From Ginglymostoma cirratum (Eukaryota), in contig JAHRHZ010000268.1 of NCBI GenBank assembly GCA_024137785.1, forward strand, positions 30,537,466 through 30,601,465: 64,000 nt of DNA, read 5' to 3'. The translations under genes were made by a program, and so were the position numbers. The notes under the pieces are model-generated. The model searched no databases and was not told the origin of the DNA. It was given only the letters and a program-made list of their open reading frames with translations. Numbering within the stretch: the first letter of the stretch is position 1; every line of letters begins with the position of its first letter. This document shows positions 1 through 10,915 of the stretch, piece by piece.

Positions 1-401
1 GCAACAGACATAATGTAGCATCATCTATTCTCCACAAATGACCCAGAAACTAATCCATAGTTTTATAACTTTGACCTTTTTTTGGACTTCTTATTTCTAA
101 TCTCTTTGTATGTGTGTTGGTTTGTTTCTTGTGTTTAGTAGCAAATAAATTCACTCTTTTGTTAACTCAAGAAAGCCTGGTTAAATTTGACATCTTTCAA
201 AACATACATACGTTTAGCCTTGGAGAAAATTAACCACAAGGGAGAGGATCCTTTAAATTCACCTTACTGCAACCAACTGAAGGAACGGGTTATTAAAGAA
301 AGGGAGCCACTTTATCCCTGCACACTCAGGAACTTGACAAATTGAGGTATCCTGGCTGGAACAGGAATAAATTAGGGAACCTTCCCGCAGTCTGTCATAC
401 A
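1..401 (+). mobile_element. 3' part of the 5' LTR of a Gmr1-like Gypsy element
   Basis: Shares the block gttaactcaagaaa-cctgg...ccaca-agaggg...agggagcca...ggaacct with 7281-7523 and 35440-35723. Ends ...cataca and is followed by aactgggggttcatggg, a decayed match to the tRNA-Pro PBS TGGGGGCTCGTCCGGGAT. Confidence 0.65.
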
Positions 402-635
402 AAACTGGGGGTTCATGGGTGTAATTTTAACCCGCAGAAGAAATGAAAGATTTAGGCTATGTAAATTGTTACTTTGATACCATTTTTTTAATATAAACAA
501 AAATGCCAAAGGCTTTTTTGAATTTGCAATGCTATGGTATGGAATTGGCTGCATTTAATTCCAGCACTTCCTAAGCAGAATTAGGGAAAGTTAGTTTTCA
601 AGATCTAAAAGTTCTGCTTTTCAAATGTATGCATT

Positions 636-3600
636 TATTTTTCTATGCATTTGTAGGATGTGGGCGTTGCTGGCTGCCCAGCATTTCTTGCCCATTCCCA
701 GTTGCCCTTGAGAAGGAGGTGGTGAGCTGCCTTCTTGAACTGCTGCAGTCCTCCTGCTGTAGGTTGACCCACAATGCAGTGTGGAAGGGAATTCCAGGAT
801 TTTGACCCAGTGACAGTGAAAATATGGTGATATATTTCCAAGTCAGGATGGTGAGTGGCTTGGAGGGGAACTTGGAGGTGATGCCCTTGTACTTTGAGAT
901 GGAAGTGGTCGTGGGTTTGGAAGGTGCTGTCTGAGGATCTTTGGTGAATTTCTGCAGTGCATCTTGTAGGTAGTACACACTGCTGCTACTAAGCATCGGT
1001 GGTGAATGCTTGTGGATGTAGTGCCAGTCAAGCGGGCTGCTTTGTCCTGGATGGTGTCAAGCTTTTGAGTGTTGTTGAGGCTGCACTCATCCAGGCAAGT
1101 GGGGAGTATTCCATCACACTCCTGACTTGTGCCTTGTCGATGGTGGACAGGCTTTGAGGAGTCAGGAGGTGAGATACTTGCCACAGTATTCCTAGCTTCT
1201 GGCCTGCTCTGGTAGCCACTGTGTTAATGTAGTAAGTCCAGTTGAATCTCTGGTCAATGATAACCCCCAGGATGTTGATAGTGGGGGATTCAGTGATGGT
1301 AACACCATTGAATGTCAAGGGATGGCGGTTAGATTGTCTTTTGTTGGTGATGGTCATAGCCTGTCATTTGTGTGGCGAGAATGTCACTTGCCACTTATCA
1401 GCCTAAGCCTGGATATTGTCCAGATCTTGTTGCATTTGAACATGGACTGCTTCAGTATCTGAGGAGTCACGAATGGTGCTGAACATTGTGCAATCACCGG
1501 TGAACATCCCCACTTCTGACCTTATGATGGAGGGAAGATAATTGATGAAGTAGCTGAAGATGGTTGGGCCTAGGACACTACTCTAAGGAACTCCTGCAGA
1601 GATGTCCTGGAGGTGAGATGATTGACCTCCAACAACCACAGCCATTTTCCTATGTGTCAGGTATAACACCAACCAACGGAGAGTTTGCCTCCAAATACCC
1701 ATTAATTCCAGTTTTGCTAGGGGTCCTTGATGCCACACTCAGTCGAATGCAGCCTTGATATCAACAGCTGTCACTGTCACCTCACCTCTGGAATTCAGCT
1801 CTTTTGTCCATGTTTGAACCAAGGCTGTAATGAGGTCAGGAGCTGAGTAGCCCTGGTGGAGCCCAAACCGGGCATCACTGAGCAGGTGCTGCCTGACATC
1901 ACTGTTGATGACACCTTCCATCACTTTACTGATGATTAAGAGTAGGCTGATGGGGCAGTAATTGGCCAGGTTAGATTTGTTCTGTTTTTTGTGTACAGGA
2001 CATACTTGGGCAATTTTCTATATTGTTGAGTAGATACCAGTGTTGTAACTGGACCAGAACAGCTTGGCTAGGAGAGCAGCAAGTTCTGGAGCACAAGTCT
2101 TCAGTGCTATTGTCAGAATGTTGTCAGGGCCCGTAGCCTTTGTATTATGCAGTGACCCCAACCATTTCTTGATGTCACGTGGAGTGAATCAAATTTGCTG
2201 AAGACTGGTATCTGAATTCTGGGGACCACTGGAGGAGGCCGAGATGGATCGTCCACTCAGCACTCCTGGCTGAAGATTGTTGCGAATGCTTCAGCCTTAT
2301 CTTTTGCACTGATGTGCTGGGCTCTCCCATCATTGAGGATGGGGATATTTGTGGAGCCTTCTCCTCCAGTGAGTTGTTTAATTGCCCACCATCATTCATG
2401 TAGCAGGACTGCAGAGCTTCGATCTGATCTGCTGGTTGTGGGATCACTTAACTCTGTCTATCACTTGCTGCTTTCACTGTGTGGTGTGCAAGTAGTCCTG
2501 TTTGGTGGCTTCACCATGTTGATACCCCATCTTCAGTTATGCCTCATGCTGCTCCAAAAATGCTCTCCTGCACTGTCCATTGAACCAGGGTTGATCCCCT
2601 GTCTTGCTGGTAATGGTTGAGTGGGGATATGCCAGACCACGGGGTTACAGATTGTGCTGGAGTACAATTCTGCTGCTGTTGATGGCCTACAGTGCCTCAT
2701 GAATGCCCAGTCTTGAGTTGCTGGTTAAGTGTGAAGTCTGACCCATTTAGCATGGTGACAGCGCCACACAACACAATGGAAGTTATTCTCAATGTGAAGG
2801 TGGGACTTCGTCTCCACAAGGACTGTGCAAAGGTCACTCTTACCAATACTGTCATAGACACATGCAACTGCAGCTGGCAGATTGGTAAAGATGAGGTCTA
2901 GTATGTTTTTCCCCCTTGTTGGTTCCCTCACCACCTGCCACAGACCCAGTCTAGCAGCTATGTCCTTTAGGACCCGACCAGCTTGATCAGTAGCACTGCT
3001 GGCGAACCACTCTTGGTGGTCGATGTTGAAATCCCCCACCCAGAGTACATTTTGTGCCCTTGCCATCCTCAGTGCTTCCTCTAAGTGTTGTTCAACATTG
3101 AGGAGTACTAATTCATCAGCTGAGGGAGGACAGTATGTGGTATGTGGTAATCAGTACGAGGTTTCCTTGCCCATGTTTAATCTGAAACCATGACACTTCA
3201 TGAGGCCCAGAGTCAATGTTGAGGACTACTAGATCAACACCCTCCCGACTGTATACCACTGTGCCACCACCTCCGCTGGGCCAGTCCTGCCAGTGCGATG
3301 GTGATGGTCGTGTACGGGACATTGTCAGTAAGGTATTATTCAGTGAGTATGACTGTGCCAGGCTGCTGCTTAACTAGTCTGTGAGACAGCTCTCCTAATT
3401 TTGGCACTAGTCGCCAGATGTTAGTGAGGAGGACTTTGCAGAGTAGACAGGGCTGTTTCTGCCATTGTCTTTTCCGTTGCCTAGGTCGATGCCAGGTGAC
3501 CCATCTGGTTTCATTTCTTTGAGACTTTGTAGCGATTGGTACAACTGAGTGGCTTGCTAGGCCATTTCAGAGTCAACCACATTGCTGTGGGTCTGGAGTC

Positions 3601-3858
3601 GCACGGAGGCCAGACCAGATAACTGATGGCAGATTTCCTTCCCGGAAGAACATTAGTGAACCAGATGGGTTTTTCCCGACAATCGGCAATGATTTCATGG
3701 TGATCAGTAAATTCTTAATTCTAGACTTCTTTTCTTAATTATTGAATTCAAATTTCACCATCTGCTGTAGTGGGATTCGAACCCGGATCCCCAGAACATT
3801 ACTTGTGTTTCTGGATCAATAGTCGAGCAATAATACCACTAGACCATCGCCTACCCCT
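636..3858 (-). mobile_element. Near full-length CR1-group (Zenon-like) LINE, APE endonuclease + RT, frameshifted, with tRNA-derived 5' head
   Basis: Minus-strand peptides in order: LTNIWRLVPKLGELSHRLVKQQPGTVILTE, WVGDFN, EPTRGKNILDL, IGKSDL (APE); QGYSAPDLITAL...AVDIKAAFD, ILGVIIDQRFNW, KAQVRSVMEYSPLAW (RT and C-terminus). 3' tail near 640-700. Confidence 0.92.
3765..3858 (-). promoter_or_regulatory. tRNA-derived Pol III internal promoter (A and B boxes) at the LINE 5' end
   Basis: Reverse complement reads ggggtaggcgaTGGTCTAGTGGtattattgctcgactattgatccag...ccGGGTTCGAATCCcact. Confidence 0.8.
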
Positions 3859-4370
3859 GATTATACACAGATTCACTACCTGCGGATGCACGTACTCATG
3901 AGAAACGCTCCCTCTAAGCTGTGCAGTTGCTGTCCGATGCTCCTTGCATGGTGATTGACATTGATTGAAGCATTAACTAATGGTTCTGGAAGATGTTGTC
4001 ATGCATGGGCCTTGCAGCCAGTAAGAAATTTAGAGAAAACGCTGCTCATGAAGTCAGCCTCAGACTCGATTTTATTTTTCCGAATTGACAGATCCCAATC
4101 GGTCACACAATCCTTCATGACAGGTAGGGAATTTCTTGGAAAACGCTATGTCCACTTTTGTGTTATCTGAGGGAGGTTTGTGCCCCTATCCCTTGAGGAT
4201 AACAAGGATTTAGCATAGTTAAAAGATTTGCTCGGACACTTAGGATTGGAAATTCCTTGAAGGCCGGGAAATCTGAAATTATAAAAGTGGTGACCAAGGT
4301 TTATGGGTGACAGCTGAGGGTGGTGAAATGGATGAAGTTGTTGTTGAGAGATTAAAATCGGATGAGTGGA

Positions 4371-4572
4371 CAGATAGTTCTCCTATGACATGATAGTTGC
4401 GTTCTTGTGCAACTTCATGCTATGGAAAATCGTGCCATATAAAATCACATTATAGGGAAATCACTATACTGTACAGCAGAAAGTTTGCATGATCCAAACA
4501 GCATCCACTATTCATCAATCATGTTACAGCCAATTTGTGTTAACAAAACACACATTGTAGCAGAAATACCTG
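4371..4572. mobile_element. Tigger/pogo-like MITE (about 200 bp)
   Basis: Imperfect terminal inverted repeats cagatagttctcctatgaca / tgtagcagaaatacctg, followed by TA on the right; interrupts the gag region. Confidence 0.6.
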
Positions 4573-6132
4573 TAAATTAGAATTTTAAGTAAAAGAAAAA
4601 GAAAGACAAACAGAGAGAGAAGAGAGAAGGGAGGAAGAGAAAGAGAAAGAGCAAGGAATAGAAAAGAGAGAAAAGAGCAAGGGGAGAAAATGGACAATTT
4701 CAGCAAAAAATGGCAGGGTGAGGAATTTGCGTAAACCATCTCAAGCTGAGGAACAGAAATCCTTCAGTGTTCCACGGAAACAGCAATGCTTCAGACTTGG
4801 GAGTGGAACCAACTGTTTACTCATTTATTTCCTAAGTTTGAGAAGGTGGTGGTGGAAACTTTATTTATCTCTTTTGAGTGATGGCACAACAGTTAAAGTG
4901 ACCAGTCCAACATTAGTGCTTATTGTTGTGGAGTAAGCTTTCTCGAGTAAGCTTTCAGGGAAAGCTTATGAGGTTTACTGCCTCTTGTCTATGGAAAGTA
5001 TCACTGATTACAAAGCAATAAAACAGGCGACCCTCAGTGTGTTCCAGTTAGCACTGGAGTTGTGCCATAAAAAGTTCCACAACCACCGGGAAATGGCCTG
5101 ACCAGATGTATCTGGAATTTGAAAGGCTTAAGCTGCTTGCTTTTGACCAGTGGGTACAAGCACTTAACGCAGAAATCACTTATGGAAACCTTTGTGGAAG
5201 AATTCTCCTTTCAAAACTTAAAAAAATCTCCGTCCCCTTTCCATTACAAATGCACCCAGCAGTAGAGAAGGTGATGATTGATTATTATGAGCTGATTCAC
5301 AAACCCCCCATTCCAGAAGAAGCCCTTACTTAAATATCTCCAACCAACTGGAAAACATAGAGATAGGAAGAATGACAAAAAACTGAACACCTGTGAGCAA
5401 AAGTGAAATGATGGGAATCGCCTCAGGACAGAAAGGATGGTGCTGAACTGAAAAGTGAGGCCAAGAAGCTTGTTTTAATTGTTGAAGGATAAGGCATATC
5501 GGGGCTACAGGAAAAAAAAAAGCAATTGGATTCATCAGAGCACATACACACTATGCAGAAAATGAGAATCAGTCAGAGAGCATGGTAGATCAGGCTATTG
5601 CTCTGACTGTAGGTGTGAATCCATGTAAAGGCACTTCTGGAAGGTGGATGATGTTAAATGAAGCACTTGAGGGACAATTTCTCATCAGCCTGTTATGACA
5701 CACCTCTGGAGCATGTGCGATTTGTACTGAGATTTTGTACCCAATGTAATTGTGGCGAAATTTCACCAGAGTGAGGCAGGCAAGCCTATACTGATACTAA
5801 GGATGCAAAGGCCAGCCATGCTCTGGGAAAAGGATGGTGTTTGTGCCAAAATGCTGTCAAGAGGTACAGAAGTACAATGCAAGCTGTCCACCAGGTATAT
5901 CTGGAATGTGACCTTGTAACAGGACCAGTGACTGTGGAAGCCATCTCTACTATTCCTGTGGATGAAATTGACCTGCTGCTCAGTGAGTGACCTGGCAGAA
6001 TCAAAAATCATAGCAATCCAAGAAGTCTCTAAGAAGCCGGTTGAGGTCGGAGAGACTGAACAGCTGGAAGAGAAAGAGCCAGACATTTTCCCTGACTTTG
6101 TGGACACATGGTCTATAGCTAGACAAGTAGCT

Positions 6133-6231
6133 GTTTTCTGATGAAGGGTCTAGGCCCGAAACGTCAAGCTTTCCTGCTCCTATGATGCTGCTTGGCCTGC
6201 TGTGTTCATCCAGCTCCACACCTTGTTATCT
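6133..6231 (+). mobile_element. PLE-terminus mini-element (Neptune family) inserted in Gypsy pol
   Basis: Nearly identical to the reverse complement of 48212-48307, the 3' end of a Neptune PLE. Confidence 0.85.
6135..6168 (+). ncRNA. Minimal type I hammerhead ribozyme motif (intact core)
   Basis: tt-CTGATGA-a-gggt ctag gccc-GAAACGTC-aa: CUGANGA box, stem II, GAAA, vestigial palindromic stem III, GUC site. Confidence 0.75.
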
Positions 6232-6892
6232 AAGTAGACAGATAGTGCAGGCGAAGACAGCATTGCAAACAGATGCCCTCTAGTCTGACTATCTAACTTT
6301 GTTAGAAATGTACAAGACATGATGAGGTAATAAATAGAAGTTTATTGGTTCAAGCCCAATAAGCTCTTCCATTGTTAAAAGTACCAGCTTAGACTGTTCA
6401 CTTTGAAGCAGAGCCAGTCATAGTGGTATTACATTAAAAATGAGGTGCTAATGGGGAAATTGATGTCCTTAGAATTGCTAATAAGGAGTCAACAATGACA
6501 GTGGAGGAGCAGAGATACTATAGGGAAATATTGTGCTGAGCTCATTAAATTCTGGTGGTTGGGCAAACCAGTACCAGATGGTATTCACAGTAGAGAAGGA
6601 AAAGCTCAGTTTTATGCTGGCTTTCGAACACTTTGAGACATATTTTGGAAATAGCCAAAACTAGCCTAAGCCAATTAACCTTTGTGCAGCTGTTTAAGGC
6701 CCAGAAGTCCAAATTATTTTTGTAGGGTGTGAACAGAACTTAAAGAGATTCTGTTGGAATTGAAAAGATAACATAGACAGAGACTAGGAGAATAAGTATA
6801 TTAATGTGTGCATTGATTTTTGTATTGAAATATTTATCACTCTTTGTAGTGAAATAAGAATGGATCACATTCCACTCATCTTGCAGGGGAAG

Positions 6893-7523
6893 TGTATAGG
6901 CTATGGATCATAATAACGTGACTGCAGATGTAAACTTATTGGTTACATGGAGAGAAAGAGAGTGAGACTCTGGAATATCATACCTGATGAGGTGTCAAAA
7001 AAGCTTCAAAAGATCGGACTTAGAAGGGAGAAAATACACTACAACTGCCATGGAACTGTTATCTTCCATGAATTATCTTGGATTGTGAACATGAAGGGAG
7101 TAAAGGCAGCAATCTGGTTGAGAGATATGATTTATACTCCCCCCAACCCTTTAAAGAATGCACAGAAACAGGAGTTAAAAGCCGGTTCAGCTTGATCTGG
7201 GTGCTAGTAGAACAAGGTGTGCAAGCAAGCTGAGCTACTCATGTGTACCAGCCTGGGTTTGACCTGTAACCCATATTAACTTGTTAACTCAAGAATACCT
7301 GGCTAACCTGGTTTCTTTTTAAACATAAATTTATTTGGTATGGGAGAGCGTTTTCCACAGAGAGGGGATTCTTTAGTATTTAAACTTGTTATGACCACCT
7401 GAGGGGTTGGATACATGAAGAAGGGGAGCCAGGTCACTCTGCTCATAAGGGAGCTTGGCGATTTGGAATATCCTCTGTGGAACTGAAATTAATTGGGAAA
7501 CCTCACCTGGGGTCTGATTGTAA
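6893..7523 (+). mobile_element. 3' LTR of Gmr1-like Gypsy element
   Basis: Preceded by purine tract aggggaag, starts TGT; 7281-7523 is similar to 160-401 but clearly diverged. Confidence 0.6.
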
Positions 7524-9356
7524 AAAGGCGTCAGTATTCAATTAGGAAACCCTTGACTCTGAACCCATTCTACTCTGTAACTAGGTAGATATACCAGATT
7601 GGGAAAAGTAAGCTGTGAAATGTTGCAGGCCTCAAAAATTTCAGTGCTGCACATTTTCACTAGATGATTCACATTAAAAGCTGTGCTTGCTACTTAAAAG
7701 ACATAGGATGTGGATGAGTTGGTAGTCATGCGCTGTGACTGTGCAAGCAGCTTTGTAAATACCACCACACGAAATCACTTATATAATTCTTCCATAGGAA
7801 TATTATGAATAGGCATAGTGACGGCGATCCAAGGTCTCACTATATTTTCACCAATCTGCTTCACAGAAATTCCATGACATCTTACTTGACTGTTGATGAC
7901 TGGAAGGCAAAGGTCAATGTGAATAAGTAATGATCTGCAGTGACTATGTGGGAAGTTATTCAGGACTAGGTACTGTGTCAGGTGAGAATGACAATCAGGG
8001 GAGCTGATCCTGTATAGATCAGGTGAATATTTCTAACCCCATACAGCTGAATATAAGATTTCCCACTGTTTGGGGATGCATATCCAGCTAAAGTTATTTC
8101 CAGACGTTCTCTTTTGAAGCTACTCACTATCACTGTCTGGTACTGAGGAACCTCAGTCAGTGTGGTATGCCATGTAGTGGCTGGATTGAGGTGGTATCAG
8201 CAGACCTTGCTGTTCCCAACTTAGAGGCTTGTACATGTCTGCAAAATGGAAACACCAACTTGAAGTGTGACGCAGAATTTGTTTGATGACCGGAAATGTC
8301 AAATCACACACTGGGGGCACAAAACGAGAGAAAAGTAGCACAGTAGATCAAAGTGTTTGATGTAATAGTAACAGATTCTTTAGTTCGACTACGGGTCTCT
8401 TGTCAACAATTGATGTTGATGAAGTGTTGTCTGACAAGACATCCAATGAGCTTTCATTTGGTGATAGATTGATCCTCAATATTAAATTGTAAGATTCGGA
8501 GAGCAAGCCCCTATTGCAGTAACCCCAGAGGGACGTTTCATTTTATAAGTGGTGATTCTGGGGATACAAGGATTCCACGAGGATGCCTTTTTGAGCCCTT
8601 TAGCTTTTATTTCTTAGAATTGGAACTACACTGAAATGTAAGATCATTTGCATTTTGAGGGATGCCTGGGTACTGACGAGGAGTGGGCACAGTATGAGTT
8701 TTGATCTATTGTCACCCTTTCATTTGCTATCTCAAATTATTCCTACTTGCTGGCCTGTACAAATATGAAACCTACTTTTTGGTAGACCTGAGGAGGCTAT
8801 CAACATTTTGTGAACTTTACTGAGGTCTGGCTGCTAATCTGCTTAGGTATCAGCCTGACAGAATCTCAAAAAGTGCCGAGGAAGCATGATGATGTTTTCT
8901 CTGTCATTTATAAATAATGTAAAAGTTCCCAGCTGTTTCATGCAGGTACTTCTAACCCATTTCAGGGTTGCTCCAGGAAATTCAACAAAGATCTGACATA
9001 ATGACCCTCTGCTCGAATAATGACCCTCTGCTCTAATTTCTCCCACCTCACGCCTCAGAACTAGGAGCTCATGCATGTTACGCTGAGGAATATCAGCCCA
9101 ACTACACACTGGAAAGCAGTAAAAGTGAAAGTGTCACATTGTTACAGTAGGGGAATACAGTATTAGCATTGATAGTGTACACAGGTTTGCATTTGTTGTC
9201 TAATTACATGTGGGAAAGGTCCTGACTCAGTTTTTTGAATTGCGGTTTATTGTACTGTATAAACAATTGATGCAAGATGATCATCATCTAAATACAGGTA
9301 TTTTAACAAAAAAGTTGAGTTCAGACTAATTGGTGGAGTAAGAATACAGCAATATG

Positions 9357-9682
9357 GGGAACACGGTGGCTCAGTGGTTAGCACTGCTACCGAGGACCCG
9401 GGTTCGATTCCACCCTCAGGTTACTGTCTGTGTGGAGTTTGCACATCCTCCAGATGTCTGTGTGGGTTTCCTCCCACAGTCCAAAGATATGCAGGTTAGG
9501 TGGATTGGCCATGCGAAATCTCCTGTAGTGTCCAGGGGTGTGTAAGTTAGGTGGATTAGACATGGGAAATGCTGGGTTACAGAGAAAGGGGAGGGGAATG
9601 GGTCTGTGTGGGATGCTCTTTGGAGGGGTGGTGTGGATTTGTTGGGCCAAATGGCCTGTTTCCACACTGTAGGAGTTCTATA
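9357..9682 (+). mobile_element. HE1-type V-SINE (tRNA-derived)
   Basis: A box tggctcagtgg, B box ggttcgattcc, V-domain tgtctgtgtggagtttgcacatcctcc...gggtttcctcccacagtccaaagatatgcaggttagg, CR1-like tail gggccaaatggcctgtttccacactgt. Confidence 0.92.
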
Positions 9683-9802
9683 ATATTCAAGAATAATGTG
9701 GAAGAAATTAAAAGTTGCACTAAATGTCTTTTCATTCAGAGGACTGGTTTGTCATTATGTCTATAGTTACTTGTCAACATGATTTCTTTGGCTATATGGC
9801 AG

Positions 9803-10037
9803 TATAGTAATTGTGGTGAGGTCAGCTTAGTGGACTTCATAGAATATGAGTTCCCTGATTGGGCAGTTAATTTGGTCCAATCAGGGAGCCCTGGCTGACA
9901 GATATAACCAGGACTGTCAAAGGTTCTGTTTGCACTTCGAGCTAGCTCTGAGGAAGCTGGATCAGTGTCAAGGACTCTCCACATGTAAATAAAGGGTGAC
10001 TTGGTGATGGGATACCAGCCTCCATGGAATTATTTCA
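9803..10037 (+). mobile_element. Short (about 235 bp) solo LTR, family A
   Basis: Ends ttatttCA; internal ccctgattgg...ccaatcaggg hairpin, gatataa TATA-like motif, aaataaa. Homologues at about 31598, 48103 and 54745. Confidence 0.75.
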
Positions 10038-10203
10038 GTCAACAATACATTGATTTGCATTGATGGAAAATAAGATTTAAATCTTTGAGGCAAAGATTGA
10101 TAATTTGAGCAAAATCCATATAGGTTTAAAGGAGAGTTTAGCAGTAGTGATTAGAAAGATATTTTGATTGAAGAATCATTGATACTCTACTTATTTGTAC
10201 TGA

Positions 10204-10915
10204 TCCAAAATGGCGGCAGAGTAGGGGCCCTGAGCCGGAGCTCTTCTGTTCCGATCACATTTATTTACTTGTTTCTCACTTTATTCTTTCTTTGTTTAAA
10301 GTTTTTGTCTAGTCTTTTTTTCTCTATTTTCCTTCTGGAAGGAACTTGGTTGCGGAGGCAGCGGTGGTGACAGCAGTGGCTGGGAGCCCAGAGCAGGGAC
10401 TTTTGCTGGTCGGCCACGAGGCAGTAGCTGTTCCCTGACAAAACACTGACAGTTTGCGGCATTGAGGAAGCTGCTGGGGGCCTGGAGTGGCACCAGAGCG
10501 TGACTCTGGCGGCCTGAGTCAAGGCGACTGGTGACCCCTAACGTCGGTCAGCGGCAAGATGGTGGCACCGAGGCTCAGGATCGAGCTATCGAGCCCAGTG
10601 TACGGGGGAGATCGAGCCCTCATGGGGAAAGCTCAGCATGGAGTGACTGCGGATCCATGGTCAAAGAAGGACTATAATTTGGAACTTTTAACTTTATTTC
10701 TTTTTTACTACTTTATACTGAAAAGAACTGTAATGTTGAACTTTTAATGTTATTTCTTTATCTCTCTACTTTTTACCCAAGATTTTGTACCTAGTCGCCT
10801 TATACCTAAGATTGCGGCCTGAATGGTGACATTGTATACTGTTAACTGTACTCCTATATCCCTGTACTTGAGTACACATGACAATAAAGTATCATTATAA
10901 TTCTAATGCTAATTC
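10204..10915 (+). mobile_element. Non-coding, non-autonomous retroposon with Rex1/Babar-like tail
   Basis: Starts ccaaaatggcggc (YY1-like), has a CpG-rich body, and ends cacatgacaataaa plus attcta-like repeats, like the Rex1 3' UTR at 54700-54742. Confidence 0.55.

Larger units (their letters stand above)
4170..6720 (+). mobile_element. Decayed internal region of Gmr1-like Gypsy element (gag, protease, start of integrase; rest deleted)
   Basis: SKLSGKAYEVYCLLSMESITDYKAIKQA, YLEFERLKLLAFDQWVQAL...ILL (SCAN-like capsid); ACFNC*RIRH (Zn knuckle); KPILILR and VHQVYLECDLVTGPVTV...IDLLL (protease region); YREILC*AH (integrase HHCC start). Confidence 0.85.

Noticed and set aside
3765-3858. Possible tRNA gene (also 9357-9420 and 26460-26525)
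   Set aside because: Has A and B boxes but no complete cloverleaf; continues into SINE or LINE body.
4590-4690. Purine-rich GA tract
   Set aside because: Best explained as the E/K/R-rich coiled-coil part of the Gmr1-like gag.
8130-9120. Possible decayed Gypsy pol, with tandem ataatgaccctctgctc duplication at 8998-9033
   Set aside because: Motifs are too weak to assign; the duplication is compatible with ordinary slippage.
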